Assembly (NCBI GenBank): GCA_977017645.1 | Contig: OZ360222.1 | Span: 211,296,001-211,360,000 of the forward strand | DNA from: Torpedo marmorata | Taxonomy: Eukaryota | Direction: 5' to 3' | Length of the DNA stretch: 64,000 nt | Shown here: positions 26,781-39,120 of the stretch, piece after piece | Layout: the number at the start of each line of letters is the position of its first letter | Position numbering within the stretch: position 1 is the first letter of the stretch | Notes under the pieces: model-generated | The model's input: the letters and a program-made list of their open reading frames with translations, nothing else | The model's database searches: none | Told to the model about the DNA's origin: nothing | Translations under genes and position numbers: made by a program

Positions 26781-27569
26781 TCAGATCATTAAATATTCCG
26801 ATTGTAAATAATGATCTGACACGATGCACTTTCAAAAAATGTGTAAAACTTAGGGTCTATTAAAGTGAAATAATGGAATAATTTTGTGTCATTTAAACAA
26901 TGATTGCAAAACACCTATGTTTAATAAAAAACTTGTCAGGCATCTCCATTTAAAAAGCACTCCGAGTTAAACATTGTAATATAATATTCCAAAATCTCTA
27001 ATCTCATACCGGCTGGCCGCGCTCTGACAGCTGTGAAATGTTACTGTGCAGTCAGCTGAGCTGTCAGAGCGCTGTACGTTATACATCACTCGTGACGTCA
27101 CCGCTGGAGGCGGGACCCAAATTAAAATCCCGAGTTGCCGAATTACCTGCAGATAATGGCGCAGTGTGAAAGGCTCCCGAGTGTAGCATGCCCTGCAATT
27201 TTTCTCACTTCCTAGGAGGGTTGGCAGTGTGAAAGGGATTGCAGGGATTGTTGTAAGAGTGAAACACTATGGCCCCAGTTGCTCACAATCTCCAGAAAGG
27301 AAAATAAATCCTAAAAGGGCTTTAAAAGATGAACATAAACCCTGGATTCAAAACAGAAAGAAGTCAGTTAAATTATAATGCTCAGTTACATGATCCAGAA
27401 TTAGAGCTGAACTCACTCTATCCAGCACACAAATGGTTTTGCTGGCAACATTATCACACTGACTGATAACTACATTCAGATCAGTTTTCTTGCTTCACCT
27501 TTGCTAATGGACATGTTTATTGGTCTCTTCACCCTTTTTATGGAAGTTATTCATTCAGCAGACAATGCC

Positions 27570-30500
27570 ACTGATGTCCAGTTCGAAGGTGGCCCCGTTG
27601 TTCCGGACGACTCGGAAGGGGCCTTTGTAGGGCTTCTGTAGCGGTGGACGGTGTGGCCCTCTGCGTACGAACACATACTCACAGTCTTGGAGGTCTTTAG
27701 GGATGTTGAAGTTGGCTTGCCCATGTCTGGAGGGTGGGATCGGAGCCAGGTTACCGACCTTTTCCAGCAGCCTGTCCAGGAAGGTGGTTGTATCCTCCTG
27801 TTGACCTCTGGCCGGTGGGACGAAATCCCCGGGTACCATGAGTGGTGCTCCGTAGACGAGCTCGGTGGAGGATGTGTGGAGGTCTTCCTTCGGGGCTGTA
27901 CGAATCCCCAGCAGTGCCCATGGTAGTACCTATCATCTCCTGCCTTTGCCACCCCCTCACTCTTTTGTTCGAACGCCTGCCGGCATTTTCTCATACTTTG
28001 ATGAGGGGCTCAAGCCCAAAACGTCGGTTATGTATTTCTACCTTTGCTACATAAAAGACACTGTTTGACCTGCTGAGTTTCTCCAGCATTTGTGTTTTTT
28101 ACTTCAACCACAGTGTCTACAGATTGTCGTGTTTTACTTGCCCATGGCAGTTCATCAACCCAGTTGGGACCCTTGAGTCTGGTCATAAGGGCGGCCTTGA
28201 GGTGCCTGTGGAAGCGCTCAACCAGCCCGTTAGACTGCGGGTGGTATGCTGTTGTATGGTGTAGCTGAGTGCCCCACAGGTTGGCAACTTCGGACCACAG
28301 ACTGGAGGTAAATTGTGCGCCTCTGTCGGAGGTTATGTGGCGTGGTAGCCCGAACCTTGCTACCCAGGACAAGACGAGTGCCTTGGTGCAGGACCTGGTG
28401 GATGTGTCGGCCAGGGGGATTGCTTCTGGCCACCAGGTGAAAAGGTCGACCACCAGGAACAGGTAGCGGAAACCCTGTGAGACTGGTAAGGGTCCCACTA
28501 TGTCCATGTGAATGTGGTCAAACCTTCGCTCCGTTGGCTCAAAAGGCTGCGAGGGGACCTTGGTGTGCTGCTGTACCTTGGCTATTTGGCACTGTGTGCA
28601 TGTCTTGGCCCACCCGCTGACTTATTTCCGCAATCCATGCCACGCGTACTAGCTGGCCACCAACCGGACCGTGGTCCTGATTGATGGATGTGCCAGCCCG
28701 TGGATGGAGTCGAAAACTCGTCGCCTCCATTCCATTGGGACGATAGGTCGAACCTGCCCGGTGGCCACGTCGCACAGGAGGGTAGTGTTACCTGTGTCGA
28801 CTGGGATGTCCTGAAGCTGCAGCCCAGTGACGGCGGTCCTGTACTGAGGCATCTCGTCGTCCTGCTGCTGTACCTCCGCTAATGCCATGAAATCCAGTCC
28901 GTTAGCCAGAGAGTGGATGCTCTGTCTCGACAAGGCGTCCGCGACCACGTTGTCTTTTCCCGAGATGTGCCTTACATCGGTGGTGTACTCCAAGACGTAA
29001 GACAAGTGTCTCTGCTGGTGGGCTGACCAGGGATCGGAGATCTTGGCCAGGGCAAACGACAGTGGCTTGTGGTCCGTGAAAGCCCTTCCCTCTAGGAAGT
29101 ACCGGAAGTGGCGGATGGCTAAGTACAGCGCCAGTAGCTCTCTGTCGAAAGCACTGTACTTTAGCTCAGGGGGCCGCAGATGTTTGCTGAAGAAAGCTAG
29201 TGGATGCCAATTTACTTCTATCTGCTGCTCCAGAACTCCACCAAACGCCGTTCCTGAGGCATCGACCGTGAGGGCTGTGGGTGCGTCTGACCTGGGGTGG
29301 GCCAGGAGTGCGGCATTAGCCAGGGCTTCTTTCGCTTCCACGAACGCTCATGCGGAGTGAGCGCATGGATCGAGCAGCTGCGGGGATGAATCTGCGATAA
29401 AAGTTGACCATCCCCACAAACTCCTGCAGTCCTTTGTCGTACTGGGCCTCGGGAAGTTGCGGATAGCCTCCACCTTGCTGGGTAGTGGCATGGCCCCGCA
29501 TTTGGTAATCCTGTGGCCCAGGAAGTCAATCGTGCTCAGCCCGAACTGGCATTTAGCCAGGGTGATAGTAAGGCTGAACTCACGTAGGTGACTGTAGAGG
29601 CTTCGGAGGTGTTGTAGATGTTCCTGCTGGGTTCTGCTCGCCACCAGGATATTGTCTAAGTAGACGAAGGTGCCGTCTAGGTCTCGGCCCACCGCGTCCA
29701 TCAGTCGCTGGAAGGTCTGTACCGCGTTCTTGAGCCCAAATGGCATCCTCAGGAACTCGAACAGCCCGAATGGAGTGATGATAGCTGTCTTGGGGATGTC
29801 GTCAGGGTGCACCACGATTTGGTGGTACCCTCGCACCAAGTCCACTTTGGAGAAGATCGTCGCTCCGTGCAGGTTTGCCGTAAAGTCTTGGATATGCGGC
29901 ACGGGGTAACGATCTGGAGTGGTGGCCTCGTTAAGCCAGCGGTAGTCGCCACACGGTCTCCAGTCCCCAGATGCTTTGGGCACAATGTGCAGGGGAGAAG
30001 CCCATGGACTGTCCAACCGCCAAACGATGCCTAACTCCTCGAGCTTGCGGAACTCCTCCTTGGCCAGTTGTAGCTACTCCGGGGGAAGTCGTCTTGCCCT
30101 TGCGTGGAGAGATGGACCCTTGGTAAGGATGTGGTGCCTGACGCCGTGTCGGGGAACCTCCACAATGAACTGAGGGGAAAGGATTGCCGGGAACTTGGCC
30201 AGCGCTTTGGAGAACTCATCGTCCAAGCTGTGGACGGAGACCAGGTGCAGTGTCGGGAGCCCAGCGCCCCTCAGTGCGAAGGTTTGGAACCTTTCCGCGT
30301 GCATGAGTCTCTTGCCCTTGAGGTCCACTAGGAGGCTGTGGGCCCGCAGGAAGTCCGCTCCAAGGAGTGGCTGTTCCACTGCGGCCAGCATGATCTCCCA
30401 CGAGAAGTGACTGCCTCCGAACTGCAGCTCGGCCCTACGCTTGCCATAGGTCTGTATGCTGCTGTTGTTGGCAGCCCTCAACATGGGTCCCGCTTGCCTG

Positions 30501-31726
30501 CATCTAGTGTCCAAACCTGTCGGGGGCAGCACGCTGACCTCCGCTCCTGTATCCACCAAGAATCGTCTACCGGAAAGGCGATCCCATATGTACAGGAGGC
30601 TCTCTCGATGGCCAGCCGCCGTGGCCATCAGTGACAGCTGGCCTTGTCGTTTCCCTGGAACTCGCAGGGCGACTGGCATTGGCGGGCCTCGGAGCCCCAT
30701 CTTTGGCGGTAGAAGCACCATCTCTCCTTGGACTCATCCCTGCTCCTTTCCTGATCCTGCCTTGGTCTGGTTGCGAGACTTCGTGACGAGCCCCACGGTA
30801 GCCGAGCACTTCTGTTTCTGCTTCCACAGAATATCTGCCTGTGCTGCGACTTTTCGGGGGTCGCTGAAATCCGCGTCAGCCAGGAGTAGTTGGACGTCCT
30901 TGGGCAGCTGCTCCAAGAACTCCTGCTCGAACATGACACAGGGCTCGTGGTCTCCCAGGAGGGCTAGCATCTCATTCACGAGCGCTGATGGGGATCTGTC
31001 CCCTAGCCCACCCAGGTGGAGCAGCCGTGCCCCTCTCTCTCACCGCGAGAGCCCGAAGGTCTCAGTCAATAGCTCTTTGAAGGCAGTGTAAGTGCCTTCT
31101 GATGGTGGCCTCTGGACGAAGTTGGCCACCCTGTCTGCAGTTTCTGGATCCAGGGCGCTGACCACATGGTAGTACCATGTGGTCTCAGCAGTGATGCCCC
31201 AAATTTGGAACTGAGCCTCAGCCTGGTCGAACCACACGCCGGGTCGAACTGTCCAGAAGGTCGGGAGCTTGAGGCCGACTGAGCTGATTGCTGCTTCGCT
31301 ATCCATCGCTGTGTTTAGATGCTGTCTAAACCGTCGGGGTCACCAATTGTAGCCGACTGCTATGAAGAAACACACACACGCAGTGTGGAAGGTTAAGGTC
31401 TCTCTTTTATTGAGGCTGGAAATGCTTCTTTTATACAGCTGGAGTTCCCGCCGTTTGGTTGATTGGTTGTCATCAGCCGCATGAATAACAATAGCGGGCA
31501 GGAACGTTCTTGCATATGAATACCCTTCTTCCCCAGCCTGGTATTGATCTGTTAGCTGGGCAGCTTGGCCAGCGCCATTTTAGGGCTCCTGGTCTTGTAC
31601 TGCTCCAGCTTTCAACCGCGCCGTTCGCTATGCTAAGAGTCGCGTTACAGTGTGTTATGCCGCTGTTTACTACCGCACACGCCACGCGATGTGCTGGCTC
31701 GATCTCCGCGGTGGCGGGCCGCCATA
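27570..31726 (-). mobile_element. Ty3/Gypsy LTR retrotransposon with 5' LTR, tRNA-Trp PBS and frameshifted gag-pol; 3' end missing
   Basis: LTR 31348-31726; PBS TGGTGACCCCGAC 31333-31345; gag LKLPTFW, protease DTGA, RT, RNase H, integrase (DIVGPLP, ITSDRGAQF, SNGLVERFH, PYKGPF); breaks off at ~27570. Confidence 0.94.
27928..28138 (+). mobile_element. Penelope-like pseudo-LTR inserted in Gypsy integrase, 13-bp TSD
   Basis: TSD TGCCCATGG(T/C)AGT at 27915-27927 and 28139-28151; hammerhead-like motif 27992-28032. Confidence 0.85.
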
Positions 31727-31894
31727 ATAGATTATAATAATGATCTAATATTGGGGAGCATTTATGTAACAGTAATAACACGTTTATTAAGCTCAGTTCT
31801 AGGTTTCTAAAAATAAATAACATTTGCCAAGTTTAATACACAAAAGTGCTGGAGAAACTCAGCAGGTCATGCAGTCTTCTTTATGCTAAAGATA

Positions 31895-31935
31895 CATAAC
31901 CAATGTTTCGGGCCTGAGCCCTTCGTCAAGGTATG
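31895..31935 (-). ncRNA. Minimal type I hammerhead ribozyme-like motif (variant core)
   Basis: CATACC-TTGACGA-A-GGGC-TCAG-GCCC-GAAA-CA-TT-GGTTATG; Penelope terminal repeats are known to carry minimal hammerheads. Confidence 0.55.
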
Positions 31936-32140
31936 AGCAAAAAGCAGGCTGGCGTTTGAATAAAGCAGTGGGGGGAGGGGCAGGGGAGGAGCACAGTCAC
32001 ACAGACAAGAGGTCATAGGTGAATATTGGTGGGAGGGCAGAAGAGAAGCAAGTTGGGAGGTGATAGCAGGAGGGGATAGCTCTCTGAATGGAGAGGGAAG
32101 TGGGTGGGAAGCTGGAGGAAAGGAGAGAGAGGGATAGAGA

Positions 32141-32793
32141 TATAATTACAGTGACTTCGATCCACCAATAGTCACCTGGAGGCTAAGTGTGGTCCTTGTC
32201 TTTGACGCGTTTTAATTAATTTACTAACAAAGTCCAATATGTTCAAAACCTTTATTTACATAAGTGACTTGCAGTAATCTTCAATGACTTTAATATAAAC
32301 AGTTCTTGTAAACGATGTATGATGAGTTCCTTTAAATAATTCTTTAAACAATTCCAAAACGATATGAAACACTGTAGAACGATGTAAAAGTTATAAAACG
32401 ATATAAAACGGTCAATAAAGATGTGGAGACCTCACTCACCCTCCAAACATCTTATTCCTTTCCTTTTCTCTCTCTCTCTCTCTCCTTGATTTGCGCATGC
32501 CCATTAGCTCCTAAACCAATGCGCATCCTACCCCGCGCATACTACATTTCCCAGACCGCAACGCGCACAATGACGTCACTCCACACTGCGCATGCGCCCG
32601 TCGGCACTCCCGCGCATGCGCAGATCAAAGAACGGGCCGACGACGGCCCACAGAACAACGCGAGCGCTCCATGGCCCGACGTGGCCTAGGAGCGCTCCGA
32701 GGACGGCCTACAGAACTACGCGAGCGCTCCAAGGCCCGACGAGACATCGGAGCACCGCAACAACGGTAAGTTAATGAGCCTACGGCTCTTACA
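32141..32793 (-). mobile_element. Solo LTR related to the BEL/Pao LTRs at 44489 and 62426
   Basis: Starts TGTAAGAGCCGTA; shares TAAAGTCATTGAAGATT, CTCCAGGTGACTATT and GAAGTCACT; GAGA on both flanks; no internal sequence. Confidence 0.85.
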
Positions 32794-33529
32794 GAGAGGC
32801 CTAACAGACACCAGAGAAGTCGATGTTAATGCTATCCAGTTGAAGAGTGCCTAGGCAGAATATTAAGTGCTCTTCCTCCATTTTGCAGCTGGCCTCAGTT
32901 TGCCAGTGTATAAGGCCATTCACAGACATGTCGGAGTGAGAGTGGGGCGCAAAAATGAAGTGGTTGGACCCTGAGATCTCCCTGCTTTGTTGCAGAAAGA
33001 GCAAAGATGCTCAACGAAACTATCTCAAACATTTGCTAAGATAGGATATATCATAATAGAGAAGAAATTATAGAAACAAACTGATCAAAACTGTTATATG
33101 GCAAAATTACTAATGAACTTTAGGATGTGTTTAAACAAAATTCCTGAAGATAAAATCATACCAAATAAAATAAATTAACAAAGGAATGAGGAAAAATATA
33201 ACAGTAATGCATAGACTTATAAAACTGCAATGAATGATGAACATCCATGGGATCGGTTGAGATATATAAAGCATAAAAAACAAGCTACTAAAAGCTGAAA
33301 AAGAAAAAAAATCGGAACCATCAAAGTTTAACACAATTTTATTCAGGTATTTTGATGAAAAGGATAGTTTGAAGCATTACACAGTTTTTAGAAACACATA
33401 AGGTTGATACTGCAAATGAAAAGAAGAAAATAACATGTTGAATAATCACATTGAATTTGTGTTCTGAGTGAAGAAAGAAGATATTGTACCTAAAATTCCA
33501 GTGACCTTCTGAAAGAATCCCTGATCAAA

Positions 33530-34240
33530 ATTATAATAATGATAGAATAGCAAAAATAATGATACAAAAGACTGTTTTTTGTCCGCAAGGATCTTATAAA
33601 GAGTTCATGAGGAATTAACGAATGCTTTTGCCATCATTCTTCAAAGCTTCGTTAGATCAGGAATTGATTGAAGATTTTCAAAAGTAACTCCATTATTTTC
33701 AAAAGGTGACAGAAAGATACCAAATAATAATAGACCTGTTAGTCTAACATCTGTTGTGTGGAAGCTATTGGAATCTATAATTAAGGATAGAATGGTGGAA
33801 CTAATTAAAGAGAGACATCATGTGTTTATTAAAGATGTGAAACCCACCAAGCTTAATTGAACTTTAGTAGAAGTAACAGAAGTAACAAACAAATGTGAAT
33901 GGAGTTCATATGGACTTTTAGAAGGCATTTGATAAGGTTCCAAACGAAACACTTCCAGTTAAATTTAAAACTGATAGAATTGAAAGACAATTATCAAGCT
34001 AATTTGGACATTATTTTGGTGTTAGAAGATGGAGCAGGATAAAACTCATTATCCTTCCGCTGAAAGGAAATGGCTGGAACTTGACACAAGGATCTGTGCT
34101 CGCACTTTCCATGTTTAATATATTTATTGATGACTTACATGGCTCAATAGAGAGTCTATATTGCTGATGACCCAAAGAATGCTGGCATCATAAATACGAC
34201 CAAAGCATAAAATGACAAAGGGACACTGACAGATTCATTG
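33530..34240 (+). mobile_element. Old CR1 RT fragment
   Basis: RPVSLTSVVWKLLESIIKDR, KAFDKVP, QGSVL, FNIFIDDL, with stops and frameshifts. Confidence 0.8.
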
Positions 34241-36546
34241 CTAGATGTATTTCAACAGTAAATGAAAATCAGGGAATCTGAAAATAAAATGGTAGAAGCA
34301 CTCAGTAGGTCGGGCAGTTTCTGCTGATTGAGAAACAGTTCATGTTTCAGGTGTGGGATCAGTGTATTTTTAAAAGGGTAAAATGCCAAGAACTGTAAAG
34401 CTTACAATATAGTTAGAAGTGTATTTAAAAACAAGGTTAAAATAGTAAGCAAAAATAAAGTCTTCATTCTCTTTGCATTTTTTATGTCTTGATTTGAAAC
34501 AAATAATCAACCCTCATTTTTATTCCAAGAAGGAAAGGTATTAGAATCCCATACCTCTTCATTTCCACTTATCCACAGATTAAAGAAATTCCCTCTGAAG
34601 AGTTGCCAGATTCTTATCCCTTATTTGCTAAAATCATTGCAGTACTTTGAAAGTTATCTTTTTGAACTGATCTTGATTATGATCAACGTGAAACTTCAAT
34701 GAGCTGAATTTTGCAAGCATTATGACTGCAGTGAAACAGGCGAAGTGGAATTCGCTTGTAATTCTACATGCTCCGATGCAATGTATGGTGTTGGGTTGTG
34801 AACTGGATGGAATAAGATTTCAACCTCAGAATTACTTTATGTTCAATGAAGCAATCCTGGGAGATGTGATAAGGCAACCATTTTAAGAAGAAACAGAAGC
34901 AACGTTAAATAATAATGATGCGTAGCTCATGGAATTCTACCTGATATTCTCAACTATGCCAGAAACTGGAATGGTAGTGAAATGATGAATATTTGACATA
35001 GAGTTATCATGTCATACAGCATAGATCCTTCCACCCATTGAGTGCCCTTGCATACTCTTCCTATTTTACAGCACTTGGTCTGCAGCTCTTTGTCATTCAA
35101 GTTCTCATCGAGACACCTCACTTTGTGAGGCAAGGTGGAAAAGTGTTAATTGCTTCTTTCTTTGTCAGATGTCTTTCTTCTGGATTCAACTCATTTCTTT
35201 TGATGCATCCAAAGACATTTCTATTTTTGCAAGAATCTCTTCTGGAATTTCTGGTCACCTAACTTTGAAAGGAACCCTGCAGAAACCAAGAAGGAAATGG
35301 GGCGAGGGGATGGGATGGTGGGGTGTGTGACGAAGTTTCCATTTTGGGTCAGTCTACAAGAAAATTGTGCAACACTCTGCTTACAACTGCAGAAGAGATT
35401 AATTTAATCCTTTAAATATCGTTAAGTCTTTAAAACCTGGTTCTCCTGTCAGTAAACGTGAGTCATTATTCAGTAAAAATGTGGTTGCAGATCTCACCGA
35501 TGAACAATGCTGGGTACTGTACTACTGTTGACAATATCCACACAAGCTGGATGTCAGAAAAAGAGTGCTAGAGTACATGAAAATCTCAGAGCAAAAAGAT
35601 CATGTCCCATTAACGATGTGTTAACAGAATTATGCACGTTTATGAACATAATTCTCTTCTGCAAATTGTTTTTTTTTAAACTGTTACGTAGATGCATTTC
35701 CAAGCCTACGTTAAATATATTAAATGCAGCAAAGGCTGCAAAGGCAATTATTTCTAAAAAAAACTTGAAAGGAATGTATGTCCATGAAGATGCATAAAAT
35801 TTGACACATTCAAACTGTAAGAAAGTTCAGCAATACAAGAAACAAAAATGAATCGTGAAAAAGGAAAATTTTCCAGATAAATTATTGGAGACTTGTAATG
35901 TCTGAATTTGCTGAAGTCAATGTTGAGAATGATGTTCAGGTAGACTTGTTTGACATATATAATAAGATATAAAATTTCCCAGAGAGTGAGATGGGTCATA
36001 ATTGTCTTTTCCAGTAATACAACACAATACTGGAGAACATAAATTGCCCTTGAATTTGCTTTTGATCTCACTTTGAACAAAGAAAAGGGACCTGATTTGA
36101 ATACCGGGTCAGTTTTGGTTAGAGTCTAAATCTAACACACTCAAACCATGAATAAACATGAGAATTTAAACCACAAGCCCTCTTTATAAACTCCTTGATG
36201 GGTATCCCACCAAGTTGTTTCCCATGTAAAATTTGTTATCCACTCGTATCCTGTATCTTCTTGCTGGTTTGCTGAGGTGAACAGGGAGTAGGGACTTCGA
36301 GGTCCAAGCAATGAGAAGCAAGTGGGTTGCCCCAAGGACGATACTCAGTGTTTTTTCAATTCAATTATAGAAACTTGGTGTTATTGGCAGGACACAGGGC
36401 CGGATTAACGTAGTAGCAAAAGTAGCATATGCTACGGGTCCTGCATTTTCAAGGGCCCCGCGCTAAACGATTGCTGACTTGCTTTATGTACTATGAATTA
36501 TGAACGACTGACTGGGTGTTTAACTTAAAAATTTTTGCTTTCATCT

Positions 36547-36663
36547 TTGTGCAGCGGCTATGAGATACCACACTCCCATAGTCTGTGTTAATAACCCCGA
36601 TTAAAGGTGATAATTGACTAAAATCAGACTATGGGAGTGTGGTATCTCATAGCCGCTGCACAA
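36547..36663. repeat. Perfect 39-bp inverted repeat with 39-nt spacer
   Basis: 36547-36585 is the exact reverse complement of 36625-36663. Confidence 0.93.
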
Positions 36664-36965
36664 TTTGCAACTTTTCAATTGTAGTTTTGTTACTTTTGAC
36701 ATTTGAAATTATTACCTACATGTAAGTAATACTATCAGTGTTATATAATTGCTGTTTGGGTTTGAGGGGGGGATTGGTGGGAAATATGAAAGCTTAAAGG
36801 GGTGGTAGCAAAAATTATTATAACCTTTCATCAAGGATGTAATCACTGAATATATAGTGATCTGAGAAAGCTAGCATCATTTTGTTAAGAATAATTAAGA
36901 CTATGTCAAACTTACCAAAACGGAGGACATGCAGGGTCAGCGTCAGAAACTCTCTCGGGGGGGGG

Positions 36966-37320
36966 GCCGCCGTCACACTTCCCCCTCATTGCGCATGCGC
37001 CAGCCGGCACCGTGCGCCGCCATCACACTTCCCCCTCACCGCGCATGCGCCAGCCGGCACTTCGTGCGCCACCGTCACACTCCCCCCTCATTGCGCATGC
37101 GCCAGCCGGCACTTCGTGCGCCGTCATCACACTTCCCCCTCACCGCGCATGCGCCAGCCGGCACTTCGTGCGCTGCCGTCACACTTCCCCCTCATTGGGC
37201 ATGCGCCAGCCGGCACTTCGTGCGCCGCCGTCACACTTCCCCCTCATTGCGCATGCGCCAGCCGGCACTTCGTGCACAGCCATCACACTTCCCCCTCACT
37301 GCGCATGCGCCAGCCAGCAC
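36966..37320. repeat. ~52-bp minisatellite, about 7 copies
   Basis: Unit GCCGCCGTCACACTTCCCCCTCATTGCGCATGCGCCAGCCGGCACTTCGTGC. Confidence 0.93.
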
Positions 37321-38082
37321 AATTTAGGGCCTCTTTATAATATATGCTACAGGCCCCACAATACCTTAATCCGGCCCTGGCAGGACAACATTTATTGTCC
37401 ATCCAGATTGTCCTTGAGAAGATGGCTGTGAAGTGCCCACTTGAACTGCTGCAGGACTTCCATTCAAGGTACTCTCACAATTTCAGTATAATGGCTGAAA
37501 GCATGAAGGTTTTCTGTTCAAGAATACATAGTGTAGTGATACAAGATGTAAACAAACTGCAGACATCTTTTTTGTGGCCATGGATTGGGCTCTCATAACA
37601 AGATTCCATGCAAGAATGCTTCAATGCGTTGGTGGAACCGCAAATATTTGAAGTGCAGACCTATGCGCCACCTAGGATGGGACAGACAGGTAGCTCAATT
37701 GAATTACAGTCTTCAAGGAGTCACCCTGACTTCTTGTGGATCCAGGGCACAGATGAGACCTTGCACCATGGGCGTGCAAAACCACATGTTCACTTCCTGA
37801 TGGGTGCTTGCACCTTTTACCCCAGATATTTCTCTCAATCAAGACACACAAGCTTCAGCTAGTTTGCATCTGAGGCACCTGAGGCAAGTTACCTCATAAG
37901 TTTATGGATAATCAGTCGCTGAATCTATTTAAGATTAACATAAACAGATTTTTGGAAACTTAGGGGACAAGGGAATATGATGATCAGATGGGAACGTGGA
38001 TTTAAGTCATAGGATTTCCCATTATCTTCCTGAATGGCAGAGAAAATTTGAGAGCCCCATTTGATTGTACTTCTATTCCTAT

Positions 38083-38965
38083 GAATCAGAATCAGAATCA
38101 GAATTTATTGTCATGAACAAGTCATGAAAATCGGTGTTTTGCGGCAGCATCATAGTACAATTAACATTCATATTAACCATCTTACGACATTACTATAAAA
38201 AATTATAAACAATAGTGCACAAAAAGTAAGGCAGTGTCTTTGGTTCATTGATTATTCAGGAATCTGATGGCAGCGGGGAAGAAGCTGTCCTTGTGCCGTT
38301 GAGTGCTCGTCTTTAGGCTCCTGTACCTTTTTCCCGATGGTAGCAGAGTGAAGAGGGCATGGCTTGGGTGGTGGGGGTCTTTGAGGATAGAGGCTGCTTT
38401 TTTAAGACACCGCCTCATGTAGATGTCCTTGATGGAGTGAAGTTTGGTGCCTGTGATGTCACAGGCCGAGTTAACAACCGTCTGGAGTTTACTCTTGTCC
38501 TGGGAGTTGGCACCTCCATACCAGGCAGTGATGCAACCAGCCAGAATGCTCTCCACGGTACACCTGTAGAAGTTTACGAGAGTCTTTGGTGACATATTGA
38601 ATCTCCGCAGACACCTCATAAAGTATAGCCGCTGATGAGCCTTCTTTGTGATTGCATCAACGTGGATGCTCCAGGACAGATCCTCGGAGATGTTGACACC
38701 CAGGAATTTGAAGTTCTTGACCCTCTCCACTACTGAGCCCTCGATGAGGACTGGGTCATGTTCCCCTGACTTTCTCCTGAAGTCCACAATCATCTCCTTG
38801 GTTTTGCTGATGTTGAGCTCAAGGTTGTTGCCATTACACCATTCAACGAGCTGATCTATCTCCCTCCTGTACGCTTCCTCATTGCCGTTTGTGATACTGC
38901 CGACAACTGTGGTGTCATCGGCAAACTTGTAGATGGCATTGGAATTGTGCCTGGCCACACAGTCA
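38083..38965 (-). mobile_element. Rex1/Babar LINE subfamily A, 5'-truncated
   Basis: KFADD to AIRFLNNQ frame open; (CAGAAT)n tail abuts an older CR1 3' end at ~37900-38082. Confidence 0.94.
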
Positions 38966-39120
38966 CAGTCAGTTCTCACACTGCAAATTACTACAAAAAA
39001 CCTTTTCAGCCTCTCTGAGTTTCAAAACTACATATTCCCTTCAAAAAGTAAAAAATCCTATCCTTTAGAAAATGAAATGAAAAAACAGTCATTTTTTGTA
39101 AGATATTTGAGTGTCAAATT

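Larger units (their letters stand above)
31836..33020 (-). mobile_element. Penelope-like element 3' part (GIY-YIG C-terminus plus pseudo-LTR), interrupted by a solo LTR
   Basis: ORF 32801-33004 HF..PHSHSDMSV.GL..KMEEEHLIFCLGTLQ..INIDF; pseudo-LTR 31836-32140. Confidence 0.85.
36395..37379. mobile_element. Non-autonomous hAT (Tip100-like) DNA transposon
   Basis: 14-bp TIRs CAGGGCCGGATTAA / TTAATCCGGCCCTG; 8-bp TSD GCAGGACA at 36387-36394 and 37380-37387. Confidence 0.92.

Noticed and set aside
36882-37431. Three overlapping repetitive ORFs, or a CRISPR-like array
   Set aside because: A 52-bp tandem repeat with no unique spacers and no stops; eukaryotic context with no cas genes.
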